Source of the DNA: an uncultured Pelagibacteraceae bacterium
Lineage (GTDB): Bacteria; Pseudomonadota; Alphaproteobacteria; Pelagibacterales; Pelagibacteraceae
Direction of reading: 5' to 3'
NCBI GenBank assembly: GCA_902627745.1
Contig: CACOKG010000001.1
Coordinates: forward strand, 391 to 64,390
Length of the DNA: 64,000 nucleotides
This document shows, piece after piece, positions 53,200 to 62,908 of the stretch (the first letter of the stretch is position 1; every line of letters starts with the position of its first letter). A model generated the notes under the pieces. It was not told the origin of the DNA, searched no databases, and saw only the letters and a list, made by a program, of their open reading frames with translations. The position numbers and the translations under genes are program-made.

Positions 53200-55437
53200 A
53201 TGAGTACTGAAAACATTAAAAATAAATCTTTTAAATCCAACCAAATGAACAAATGTCCATTTACAGGATCAGGAACACCTGCGAAATTTTCTGCTGGGAG
53301 AGGTCAAACTGTAAGAGATTTTTGGCCAAATAGTCTAAATCTAAAAATTCTCAGTCAGCACTCTAATTTATCTAACCCTATGGACAAAAAATTTAGTTAT
53401 GCGAAAGAATTCAAAAAACTTAATTACAAGGCATTAAAAAAAGATTTAAAGAAATTAATGACAGATTCTCAAGAATGGTGGCCAGCAGATTATGGTCATT
53501 ACGGTCCGTTATTTATAAGATTAGCTTGGCATGCCGCAGGAACTTACAGAACTGGTGATGGTAGAGGTGGAGCAGGAACAGGTAATCAGCGATTTGCTCC
53601 TCTTAATTCTTGGCCAGATAATGTAAACTTAGATAAAGCAAGATTACTTTTATGGCCAATTAAAAAGAAGTACGGAAGAAAAATCTCGTGGGCAGATTTA
53701 TTCATACTTGTTGGAAACGTAGCTCTAGACTCAATGGGTTTTAAAACTTTTGGTTTCGGAGCTGGCAGAACTGATATTTGGGAACCAGAAGACGACATTT
53801 ATTGGGGCTCAGAAAAAGAAATGTTAGGTGTAGAAAGATATAGTGGAAAGAGAGATTTGGAACAGCCATTAGGAGCTTCACATATGGGTTTAATATATGT
53901 AAATCCACAAGGTCCTGATGCTAACCCAGATCCAAAACTAGCAGCACATGATATTAGAGAGACATTTGGCAGAATGGCTATGAATGATTATGAGACAGCA
54001 GCATTAGTTGCTGGGGGACACACTTTTGGGAAATCTCATGGTGCAGCATCTGAGTCACATAAAGGGCCGGACCCTGAGGCCTCAAGACTTCAAGACCAGT
54101 CAACTGGATGGAATAGTGGATATAAATCTGGAAAAGGTGTTGATACAATAAGTAGTGGTATTGAGGGTGCCTGGACTCAAAATCCAATTCAATGGGATAT
54201 GGGTTATTTGGATTGTTTATATGGACATGAGTGGGAGCTTACAAAAAGCCCAGCTGGTGCTCATCAATGGACTCCCAAAAAAAATGGGCAAGAGATTAAG
54301 ATGGTTCCCGATGCACATCAAAAAGGTGTACTTCATCCACCAATGATGCAAACAACCGATATATCGATGAAAGTTGACCCTAGCTATGGACCTATTACTA
54401 AACATTTTCACCAAAATCCAAAAGAATTTCACGATGCTTTTGCGAGAGCATGGTTTAAACTAACTCACAGGGATATGGGACCAAGAGTTTGCTATCTTGG
54501 TAGCGAGGTTCCAAAAGAACAGCTGATTTGGCAGGATCCAATTGATAAACCTAAATATAAACTTAAATCAAATGATATAAAAGATTTAAAAAACAAAATC
54601 TCTAAATCAAAAATACCAATTTCAGATTTAGTTTCTACAGCATGGGCTTCAGCATCTACTTTCAGAGGCTCTGATAAAAGAGGTGGTGCAAATGGTGCAA
54701 GAATAATGTTGAAACCACAAAAAAATTGGAGAGTGAACAACCCAAAAAAATTATCGACTGTAATTAAAGCTTTAGAAAAAATTAAAAGTAAATTTGATAG
54801 TAAAAAGAAAATTGTTTCAATGGCAGACTTAATTGTGCTAGCTGGTGGTGTTGGTATCGAAATGGCTGCAAAAAAGGCTGGCCACAAAGTTCAAGTTCCA
54901 TTTTCAGCAGGAAGAGGAGACGCAAGGCAAGATCAGACTGATATAAACTCATTCGGTCTTCTAGAACCACAAGCAGATGGTTTTAGAAATTACCTAAATG
55001 GAGGAGCATCAAATGTTTCTGCAGAGGAAAAACTAGTTGATAAGGCTCAATTGATGGGTTTAACGGCTCCAGAAATGACTGCACTTGTGGGTGGAATGAG
55101 AGTATTAAACACAAATTTTGATGGCTCAAAACATGGTGTTTTTACTAAGAGACCTGGTTCTCTTACTAACGATTATTTCATAAATCTTTTAGATATGAAT
55201 ACCACTTGGAAAGAAGAGGATAAATCTGAGCAAACATTTGTTGGTAAAGATAGAAAAACTCAAAAAACTAAATGGAAGGCAACAAGAGTTGATTTAATTT
55301 TTGGTTCAAATTCTCAATTAAGAGCTTTATCAGAAGTTTATGCATGCGACGACTCAGGTAATAAATTTATAAATGATTTTATTGCCGCATGGGTAAAAGT
55401 TATGAATTCAGATCGATTTGACTTGAAGTTAAACTAA
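53200..55437 (+). CDS. katG: Catalase-peroxidase
   Basis: [35 protein letters not shown], duplicated C-terminal domain. Confidence 0.98.
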   Translation: MSTENIKNKSFKSNQMNKCPFTGSGTPAKFSAGRGQTVRDFWPNSLNLKILSQHSNLSNPMDKKFSYAKEFKKLNYKALKKDLKKLMTDSQEWWPADYGHYGPLFIRLAWHAAGTYRTGDGRGGAGTGNQRFAPLNSWPDNVNLDKARLLLWPIKKKYGRKISWADLFILVGNVALDSMGFKTFGFGAGRTDIWEPEDDIYWGSEKEMLGVERYSGKRDLEQPLGASHMGLIYVNPQGPDANPDPKLAAHDIRETFGRMAMNDYETAALVAGGHTFGKSHGAASESHKGPDPEASRLQDQSTGWNSGYKSGKGVDTISSGIEGAWTQNPIQWDMGYLDCLYGHEWELTKSPAGAHQWTPKKNGQEIKMVPDAHQKGVLHPPMMQTTDISMKVDPSYGPITKHFHQNPKEFHDAFARAWFKLTHRDMGPRVCYLGSEVPKEQLIWQDPIDKPKYKLKSNDIKDLKNKISKSKIPISDLVSTAWASASTFRGSDKRGGANGARIMLKPQKNWRVNNPKKLSTVIKALEKIKSKFDSKKKIVSMADLIVLAGGVGIEMAAKKAGHKVQVPFSAGRGDARQDQTDINSFGLLEPQADGFRNYLNGGASNVSAEEKLVDKAQLMGLTAPEMTALVGGMRVLNTNFDGSKHGVFTKRPGSLTNDYFINLLDMNTTWKEEDKSEQTFVGKDRKTQKTKWKATRVDLIFGSNSQLRALSEVYACDDSGNKFINDFIAAWVKVMNSDRFDLKLN

Positions 55438-55459
55438 GCTATAAAGCAGAGCAAAAAAA

Positions 55460-56056
55460 ATGGCAAAAGCAAATTTTGAAGATTTCTACGAAGTTCCCAA
55501 TCTTAATTTTGATATATCAAAGTTAAGAGAGGACTTAGATAAAATTTTAAATGCTAAAAAATTTAACTCTCCTGGAGTTACCCACTTTGGTGCAATACCA
55601 TTAAACCAGGTTCCAAATGATAAAAGTTCTATCGAGGGAAATAATATTAGAGGAAAATATTGGACTATTGCAGATGAAACTGGAAAAGAAGTTTCTAGAG
55701 ATATTGATATAGATGAATCTAAATATACTCAATTAGTTCCTGAATTTGAAAAAACATATTTTAAAGAAGTTTACGAAACTTTAAGTAAAAGGTTTAAACT
55801 AGGTAGAGTAAGACTGTTATTAAAAGAACCAAGATCTACATTAAGCTGGCATAAAGATCCTGAATGCAGACTGCATGTACCCATTATTACTAACAAAGGT
55901 TGTTCTATGGTAATTGAAAATGTAGCAAAACATCTTCCAGCTGATGGTAAGGTTTGGATAACAAATAATACAAAATACCATAACTTTTTTAATGGTGGAG
56001 AACAGGCTAGAGTGCACCTAGTTGCATGTGTACTTGAAAGCCCGTTTGAAAAATAA
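55460..56056 (+). CDS. Aspartyl/asparaginyl beta-hydroxylase-like Fe(II)/2OG oxygenase
   Basis: WHKD (HxD), RLHVPIITN, YHNFFNGG (distal His), ARVHLV. Confidence 0.75.
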   Translation: MAKANFEDFYEVPNLNFDISKLREDLDKILNAKKFNSPGVTHFGAIPLNQVPNDKSSIEGNNIRGKYWTIADETGKEVSRDIDIDESKYTQLVPEFEKTYFKEVYETLSKRFKLGRVRLLLKEPRSTLSWHKDPECRLHVPIITNKGCSMVIENVAKHLPADGKVWITNNTKYHNFFNGGEQARVHLVACVLESPFEK

Positions 56057-56298
56057 TGGAATTAACAACCGGCATATTTAAAGCTGCTGGACAGATCTAC
56101 ACAAATAATAGAGGTTCAATTTTAAGAACCATTGTTTATACAATTGGTCACTTTGTAATTGCTATAACTGTTTTAATGCTTGTTGCTGATGTTTCGTTTA
56201 TGATAGCGCTCACAGATGCAATAGTAGAACCAATAGCTAACTCTATATGGTATTTTATTTTAGATAAGTGGTGGGCGAGTAAATCGAAAAATTCTTAA
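56056..56298 (+). CDS. Small membrane protein (DUF2061-like)
   Basis: RTIVYTIGHF...EPIANSIWYFILDKWW with two hydrophobic segments; TAATG coupling to the upstream gene. Confidence 0.65.
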   Translation: MELTTGIFKAAGQIYTNNRGSILRTIVYTIGHFVIAITVLMLVADVSFMIALTDAIVEPIANSIWYFILDKWWASKSKNS

Positions 56299-56753
56299 TC
56301 TAATACACCCCAAATATTGTCTGTCTTAACCCAACCTTCAAAATCTCCCGTATTTATTTTACACCAAATCCCATTGCATTTTTGAACTATTAGAACTCTT
56401 CCACTTTTAATTTTAGCCAATGGTTTAGAAAAATTTGTTGGATTTTCGAATAAAATTTTATCTTTTATGGGAATGATTGAATTTATCTTTTTTAATTGAG
56501 ACCAATGTATCCATCCACTGTTGTTTTTAAAATCAATTACTCTTCGCCAGTTCTCTTTTTTATCAATTTGTTTAAGAGGTAAATTCACTTTTTTATAAAT
56601 AAATTTTATGGGAAACTCAAAACTTGGTCCATACCTTACATTGACCTTACCTTTCTTTAAAGACAAGAAAGTTTCTTGAGCACAACTTATTGAGGTAAAA
56701 GATAATAAAAATAAAGTTACAAGAAAAAGTTTAAATTCTTTTTTTTTTAACAT
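56295..56753 (-). CDS. Exported tandem bacterial SH3-domain protein
   Basis: Signal peptide, VNVRYGP, WRRV, GWIH, WCKI, GWV, IWG. Confidence 0.85.
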   Translation of the reverse strand: MLKKKEFKLFLVTLFLLSFTSISCAQETFLSLKKGKVNVRYGPSFEFPIKFIYKKVNLPLKQIDKKENWRRVIDFKNNSGWIHWSQLKKINSIIPIKDKILFENPTNFSKPLAKIKSGRVLIVQKCNGIWCKINTGDFEGWVKTDNIWGVLD

Positions 56754-57492
56754 TTTTTAACTTTTTAAATTTAATTTTTCTGAAATTTAGATTTAATAAA
56801 TCTAAAACTAAAACTTGACCATTTAAATTTTCACCGATGGATAAAATTTTTTTTAAAATTTCATTTGCTTGCATAATTCCTACTGTACCAGCTACTGTAC
56901 CCAAGATGCCTTCATATTCACAATTTAATATATCATCTGAAATCTCATGTTCTTGATAAAAAGATCTTATACAAGGTGTTTTTTTATTTTTAAAATCAAA
57001 ACTAAAAATATGTCCATCAAATTTACTTATTGCTCCAGTTACAAGAAATTTTTTATATTTTCTTGAAAAATCATTAATAAAAAACTTTGTCTCAAAATTA
57101 TCTGATCCATCAATTATGTAGTCATAATTTTTTATAATTTTTTGATAATTGTTAATATTTAATCTTATTTTATGAGAGTTTACTTTTATTTTTGAATTTA
57201 TCCTTTTTAATTTTTTTTGAGCACACTTTACTTTGGATTTTTTTAAGTCTTCGATGCTGTAAAGACTTTGCCTGTGAATATTTGATAAATTAACAATATC
57301 AGGGTCAACAATGCCCAAAACACCTACCCCTGCTCTTGCTAAAAACTCAGCCGCAGGACAACCTAAACCTCCCATTCCAATAATTAAAACTTTTGCTTTA
57401 ATAATTTTTTTTTGGCCCAAGCTTCCAATATTTTTTAAAACTATTTGTCTTGAAAATCTCTCTATTTGATTTTTATCTAAATTGATATTCAT
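56731..57492 (-). CDS. MoeB/ThiF-family adenylyltransferase
   Basis: RFSRQI, GMGGLG, SNIHRQ, DGSDNF. Confidence 0.9.
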   Translation of the reverse strand: MNINLDKNQIERFSRQIVLKNIGSLGQKKIIKAKVLIIGMGGLGCPAAEFLARAGVGVLGIVDPDIVNLSNIHRQSLYSIEDLKKSKVKCAQKKLKRINSKIKVNSHKIRLNINNYQKIIKNYDYIIDGSDNFETKFFINDFSRKYKKFLVTGAISKFDGHIFSFDFKNKKTPCIRSFYQEHEISDDILNCEYEGILGTVAGTVGIMQANEILKKILSIGENLNGQVLVLDLLNLNFRKIKFKKLKNVKKKRI

Positions 57493-57926
57493 TTACCTGT
57501 TGAACCAAATCCACCTTTGCCTCTGATAGATTTAGGTAAATCATTTATTTCTTCTAATTCCATCTTGACCACAGGCGCTAATATCATTTGAGCAATTCTA
57601 TCACCATTATTAATTGAAAAATTTTCATTACCATGATTATAGATGATAACCTTTATTTCTCCTCTATAATCACTATCAATTGTTCCTGGAGTGTTTAACA
57701 CACTAATATTATTTTTCGCTGCCAAACCTGATCTTGGTCTTATTTGAATCTCGTAATCTTCTGGGAAAGCAACAGATAATCCTGTGGGAATTAAAACAGA
57801 TGTTTTGGGTTCTAGATTAATCGGTTCTTTTATAAATGCAATTAAGTCTACACCTGATGCGCCACTGGTTTTGTATTCGGGTAATTTTACAGCTGGGTCA
57901 AGTTTTTTGATTAAGACTTTAACCAT
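57489..57926 (-). CDS. dut: dUTP diphosphatase
   Basis: SGVDL, RPRSGLA, GTIDSDYRGE, GDRIAQ, RGKGGFGSTG. Confidence 0.98.
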   Translation of the reverse strand: MVKVLIKKLDPAVKLPEYKTSGASGVDLIAFIKEPINLEPKTSVLIPTGLSVAFPEDYEIQIRPRSGLAAKNNISVLNTPGTIDSDYRGEIKVIIYNHGNENFSINNGDRIAQMILAPVVKMELEEINDLPKSIRGKGGFGSTGK

Positions 57927-59131
57927 TAATTTATTTGAGCAACTATTCTATCTACAATTTCCTCTGATATCTCTGACTTCTTTTTTAATGAAAGTTTCTC
58001 TTTTTTCATTTCATTGTTTTTATAGAAAATTGTAACTTCATTATTTTCATTATCAAAACCACTTTCATCTTTTGAGACATCGTTAGCTATTATCCAGTCG
58101 CAATTTTTATCTTTTAATTTTTGAATAGCATTTTTCTCTAAACTTGTTGTTTCAGCAGCAAAACCTATCACCATTTTTGGTCTCATAGAGTTATGATTAG
58201 AAACATAGTTCAAAATATCGATATTTCTCTCTAAATTTAATGTTAAATTATCAACTTTTTTAATCTTTTCTTTATGTTCATGACTAGCTTTGAAATCAGC
58301 AACAGCAGCAGTAAATACAGCTATATCAGTTGGAAGATTTTTTTGAGTGGCCTTAAACATTTCTTCAGCAGTCTCAACTTTGATTAATTTAATATTTTCA
58401 TTTATTTTTAGGTTTGTAGGACCTGATATTAAAGTTGTATCAAAACCTCTTTTGCAGAGAGATTTTGCTATCTCGTAACCCTGTTTACCGCTAGATTTAT
58501 TTGAAATAAATCTTACAGGATCTATATATTCATTGGTAGGACCCGCAGTCACCAAAGCTTTAAGTTTATTATTTTTGATTTTACTAAACAAAAAATTTTG
58601 AATTTCTTCATAAATAACTAAAGGTTCAGACATTTTACCCTCGCCATATTCACCACAAGCCATATCACCTATTTCAGGGCCAATAATTTTGTAGCCAAAA
58701 CTTTTCAATGTTTTTAGATTATTTTGTGTAGTCTGATGTTCCCACATTCTAACATTCATTGCTGGAGCTAAAAAAACTTGTTTATTTGAAGCTAATATAA
58801 CTGTGGATGCTAAGTCGTCTGAGTTACCCTGGCTTAATTTGGAAATAGTGTTGGCTGTTGCTGGAGCGACGATCATAACATCGGCCCATCTTGATAAAGA
58901 AATATGGTCCATCTCTGTCTCATTTTCTAGACTAAATAAATCATCATAAACTTTACCTTGAGATAAAGAGGCTACAGATAATGGGGTCACAAACTCCTTT
59001 GCACTTTTAGTTAGTATTGTTTTTATCTCAGTATTATTCTTTCTAAACATTCTTATCGTTTCAAGACTTTTGTAAGCAGAAATTCCACCACATATTATAA
59101 AAAGAACTTTTTTGTTTGATAAATCTTTCAT
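57926..59131 (-). CDS. coaBC: Bifunctional PPC decarboxylase / PPC synthetase
   Basis: GGISAYK, APATAN, PAMN, TAGPT.EYIDPVRFISNKSSGKQG, GFAAET. Confidence 0.97.
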   Translation of the reverse strand: MKDLSNKKVLFIICGGISAYKSLETIRMFRKNNTEIKTILTKSAKEFVTPLSVASLSQGKVYDDLFSLENETEMDHISLSRWADVMIVAPATANTISKLSQGNSDDLASTVILASNKQVFLAPAMNVRMWEHQTTQNNLKTLKSFGYKIIGPEIGDMACGEYGEGKMSEPLVIYEEIQNFLFSKIKNNKLKALVTAGPTNEYIDPVRFISNKSSGKQGYEIAKSLCKRGFDTTLISGPTNLKINENIKLIKVETAEEMFKATQKNLPTDIAVFTAAVADFKASHEHKEKIKKVDNLTLNLERNIDILNYVSNHNSMRPKMVIGFAAETTSLEKNAIQKLKDKNCDWIIANDVSKDESGFDNENNEVTIFYKNNEMKKEKLSLKKKSEISEEIVDRIVAQIN

Positions 59132-59139
59132 CGTCTGAA

Positions 59140-60708
59140 TTAAAATATTAAAAGACCAAAAATTACAAGGATTAATAAACCAATAATAGATTGGTTTCTA
59201 AAAGCAGTCATTTCTGATTTTTGAGTGTTTAAGGCCGTATAGGAATTTGAGTTTTGTGGGATTTGTCCACTAGCAAGATAAGTAAGAGCTTGATTAGCTT
59301 TATCCATAATTTCAGGAAATTCTGGTAATCTTTTTATTACTTCAGATGTATTTTGAAGTGTCTCATTTAGTTTTGTCATTGGATCTTTTGTTTCTTTTAG
59401 CCAACTTTCAAGAACTGGTTTTGAAGTGGTCCAAATGTTTGTATTTGGGTTTAATTTTCTAGCTACACCTTCCACAACGACCATTGTTTTCTGTAGCATT
59501 AGAAGCTGAGGTTGAGTTTGCATGTTAAATTTTTCTGTGACATCAAACAACTGCTTTAATAATTTTCCTCCAGAAATATCTTTGACTGCTTGACCAAAAA
59601 TTGGTTCGCCGATGGATCTTAGGGCTTGAGCCAAATCATCTATTGGAACCTCTTTTGGCACAAGACCTGCAACTAAATGTACTTCAGCAACTTTACGATA
59701 ATCTCTTTGAATAAAACCAAATAAAATTTCAGCTAAAAATCTTTTACTCATTTTATCTAATCTACCCATAATTCCAAAATCAATAGGAACAATTTGACCA
59801 TCATTATCTATGAATATATTTCCTTGGTGCATATCTGCATGAAAAAAACCATCTCTTACAGCATGTCTTAAAAAATTTTGAATAATATCTTCTGCTATTT
59901 TTTCAGTGTTTAATTCTCTGTTTTTGAGCTCTTCCGTTTCTCTTATAGATATTCCATCCACCCAATCTAAGGTCATTACATTTTCGCTAGTGTAATTCCA
60001 ATAAATTTGAGGAACTCTAAATCCAACATCATTCTTTGTGTTTTCAGCATATTCATTTGCAGCAGCTGCTTCAAATCTTAAATCCATTTCTAGATTTGTG
60101 ATTTCTTTTAATAAAAATACTACTTCTACCAGCTTAAGTCTTTTTGTCTTTTTAATAAATGACTCTATTAAGAAAGCAAAAAGCATTATTGCATCAATCT
60201 CCTCATTAAATATTTTTTTTATGTTTGGTCTTAGAATTTTAATTGCGACGTCCTTAAGAACTCCATTGTCATTAATTTGAGCTTTGTGGACTTGAGCAAT
60301 TGAAGCAGCGGCAACTGGTTCACTTAAATTGATTATAGAGTCATAGCTTTCATTACCTAGATCATTTTTAATTATTTCTTTTGCTTGTATTAAAGAAAAG
60401 GGTGGTAATTTATCTTGAAGGTTCTCAAGTTTTTTGGAAAGTTCCTCTCCAATTATATCAGGTCTAGTGGCTAAAAATTGACCAAGTTTAATAAACGTGG
60501 TTCCCATTGACTCTAAAGAGTCAGATAGTCTCTCTCCTTCGTCTTTGTTTGCATCCACTTGTTTTTTAGGTGAAAAAGAAAATGATAACATCTTAAATAA
60601 AATCTTTATAGCTAATGGTGGTTCTTTAAATTTTGATACAATATTTAAAATATCAGAATTGGCTACTTTCCTTCCAAGTTTAAAGAGAATAATTAATTTT
60701 TTTATCAT
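59140..60708 (-). CDS. ubiB: Ubiquinone biosynthesis kinase-like protein UbiB
   Basis: IKLGQ, AASIAQVH, VAIKILRP, FFHADMHQGN, DFGIMG. Start set at ATG 60708. Confidence 0.95.
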   Translation of the reverse strand: MIKKLIILFKLGRKVANSDILNIVSKFKEPPLAIKILFKMLSFSFSPKKQVDANKDEGERLSDSLESMGTTFIKLGQFLATRPDIIGEELSKKLENLQDKLPPFSLIQAKEIIKNDLGNESYDSIINLSEPVAAASIAQVHKAQINDNGVLKDVAIKILRPNIKKIFNEEIDAIMLFAFLIESFIKKTKRLKLVEVVFLLKEITNLEMDLRFEAAAANEYAENTKNDVGFRVPQIYWNYTSENVMTLDWVDGISIRETEELKNRELNTEKIAEDIIQNFLRHAVRDGFFHADMHQGNIFIDNDGQIVPIDFGIMGRLDKMSKRFLAEILFGFIQRDYRKVAEVHLVAGLVPKEVPIDDLAQALRSIGEPIFGQAVKDISGGKLLKQLFDVTEKFNMQTQPQLLMLQKTMVVVEGVARKLNPNTNIWTTSKPVLESWLKETKDPMTKLNETLQNTSEVIKRLPEFPEIMDKANQALTYLASGQIPQNSNSYTALNTQKSEMTAFRNQSIIGLLILVIFGLLIF

Positions 60709-61412
60709 TAAAATTTCCACCCACTATGAATAGAAACTATTCCACCTGATAAATTTCTATAAGTACATTTTTTAAAATTGCTTTTAACCATTGCATCAAT
60801 TAATTCCTCCTGGTTTAGAAAATTTTCAATACTTTTAACTAGATATTCATAGGGCTGTTTTTCACCAACAACAAACTGACCAACAGAAGGTATAAGCTTA
60901 GAGTAATTTTTGTATAGGGTTTCTAAATTTGTATTCTGAATTTTTGAAAACTCTAAGCATAAAAAACGACCCCCAGGTTTTAAAACTCTATAAGCCTCAG
61001 AAAGAGCTTTATCTATTTTGGCAGTATTTCTTAAACCAAAACTTATTGTATAAAAGTCGAATGAATTATCAGATATAGGAATTTTTTCAGCTGGAGATAT
61101 AATCCAATTTATATTCTTAAAATTAGATAACTTTTCTTTTCCTTTACTTATCATCCCTTTATTTGGATCAACACACGTAACGTGAGATAATTTATTTACA
61201 TGTTTAACAAATAGTTTAGCTATGTCTCCAGTGCCACAAGCGACATCAATTAAATTTTGATTACTGGATGGATTCATCATATTTAATAGACTTTTTTTCC
61301 ACAATCGATGTATCCCTAATGACATGAAATCATTCATTAGATCATAACGATCGTATACTTGATTAAAAACATTTTGGACCAACCCTTTTTTATTTTGCAG
61401 ATATTGTTGCAT
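60708..61412 (-). CDS. ubiE: Ubiquinone/menaquinone C-methyltransferase UbiE
   Basis: YDLMNDFMSLGIHRLWK, DVACGTGD, ISFGLRN, RVLKPGG. Confidence 0.96.
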   Translation of the reverse strand: MQQYLQNKKGLVQNVFNQVYDRYDLMNDFMSLGIHRLWKKSLLNMMNPSSNQNLIDVACGTGDIAKLFVKHVNKLSHVTCVDPNKGMISKGKEKLSNFKNINWIISPAEKIPISDNSFDFYTISFGLRNTAKIDKALSEAYRVLKPGGRFLCLEFSKIQNTNLETLYKNYSKLIPSVGQFVVGEKQPYEYLVKSIENFLNQEELIDAMVKSNFKKCTYRNLSGGIVSIHSGWKF

Positions 61413-61444
61413 AATTCAAAAATATATTATCAATATAGTATTAA

Positions 61445-62308
61445 ATGCCAGAATTACCAGAAGTAGAAATTGTACGTCAATCTTTAGACAACGAGATTAA
61501 ACAAAAAAAGGTTAAAAAAGTATTAGTTAGAAATAGAAATTTAAGAACCAAAATCCCACTTAATTTTTCAAGATTCCTTAAAGGAAAAAAAATAGTCAAA
61601 GTAAAAAGATTTTCAAAATATCTGATTATTTGTCTGTCAAATCGAAGTTATTGTCTTTTACATCTTGGTATGTCAGGAACTATTCATCTAATTTATAATC
61701 GAAAAAAAAGTTTGGTGACTAATACTAGTTTTTATAGCTCACCTACATTACCCAAAAAACATAATCACGTAGAAATAATTTTTGATGATCTTAAAATTGT
61801 ATATAACGATCCAAGAAGATTTGGTTTTTTTGAAATAGTAGCTAATGAATATTTTTTAGATAAAAGATTCTCTAAACTTGGACCAGAACCATTTCAATCA
61901 GAATTTAATTCAAATTATATTTTTTCATTTTTAAAAGGGAAAACAAAAAATATAAAAAATTTCTTATTAGATCAAAATTTTGTATCAGGAATAGGAAATA
62001 TTTATGCAAGTGAAATTTTATTTTTATGTAAAATTAAACCTGATAAAAAAGTATCTTCATTAAATAAAGAAGATTGTAAAAAAATAATATCAAATTCTAG
62101 AAGAGTTTTGATTAATGCTATCAAAAAGGGAGGATCAAGTATCAGAGATTTTAAAAATACAGCGGGTAAATCAGGAAATTTCCAAAAGAATTTTAATGTT
62201 TATGAGAGAAAAGGACTTAATTGTAAGAGGTCCGGTTGCAACGGAATTATAAAAAAAAAAATGATTTCTAATAGATCTTCTTTTTTTTGTAATATCTGCC
62301 AAATATAA
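61445..62308 (+). CDS. mutM: Formamidopyrimidine-DNA glycosylase
   Basis: MPELPEVE, HLGMSG, DPRRFG, GIGNIYASE, C-terminal zinc finger. Confidence 0.97.
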   Translation: MPELPEVEIVRQSLDNEIKQKKVKKVLVRNRNLRTKIPLNFSRFLKGKKIVKVKRFSKYLIICLSNRSYCLLHLGMSGTIHLIYNRKKSLVTNTSFYSSPTLPKKHNHVEIIFDDLKIVYNDPRRFGFFEIVANEYFLDKRFSKLGPEPFQSEFNSNYIFSFLKGKTKNIKNFLLDQNFVSGIGNIYASEILFLCKIKPDKKVSSLNKEDCKKIISNSRRVLINAIKKGGSSIRDFKNTAGKSGNFQKNFNVYERKGLNCKRSGCNGIIKKKMISNRSSFFCNICQI

Positions 62309-62319
62309 TGATTATTTAA

Positions 62320-62348
62320 TTGACCAAAATTCATTCTCAAGTTATACC
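62320..62348 (+). promoter_or_regulatory. Probable sigma70 promoter of rpsT
   Basis: TTGACC-N17-TATACC, ending 9 nt before the ATG. Confidence 0.6.
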
Positions 62349-62357
62349 CCTGCGCAT

Positions 62358-62618
62358 ATGGCTAACACAAAATCAGCAATTAAAAGAATTAGAAGAATTA
62401 CAAAACAAACAGCTGTTAATAAAGCTAGAAAAAGTAGATATAAAAATGCTTTAAAGAAAATGAATTCTTTGATTGAAGCTAAAAAGAAGTCTGAGGCTTT
62501 AAAATTCTTACCCAAGTTGAATTCTGAGTTGATGAAAATAGCAAAAACAGGAATCATCAAAAAACAAAACGCTTCTAGAAACGTCTCAAGGTTTACAAAA
62601 AAAATAGCATCAATCTAA
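62358..62618 (+). CDS. rpsT: 30S ribosomal protein S20
   Basis: MANTKSAIKRIR...N..RKS...NASR. Confidence 0.96.
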   Translation: MANTKSAIKRIRRITKQTAVNKARKSRYKNALKKMNSLIEAKKKSEALKFLPKLNSELMKIAKTGIIKKQNASRNVSRFTKKIASI

Positions 62619-62908
62619 TTGAATAACACTTCAGGTTGTTAATTTTAATACAACTTTAAAATCTACAAAATCTGTGAACCTGAAAATTTTCCACACAATA
62701 TTTAGATTTAGTAAATAAACAAACATATTTAATTCAATTATAAATTTTATTTATATCTTTTTTTTATTTTTTTAATTTTTTTTCTGTCAAATACTTTTTT
62801 TAAAAAAAAAAAAAATTACACAATCCTAGATTTTATTTTTTTTTTACTTTTGAAAATTATTTGTTGCAATAATTTTATTATATTGTTCTAACTGAACTCT
62901 CCACATTT

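Noticed and set aside
62853-62876. AAAATTATT-N6-AATAATTTT inverted repeat upstream of dnaA
   Set aside because: The arms are A/T only within an extremely AT-rich spacer and cannot be distinguished from chance.
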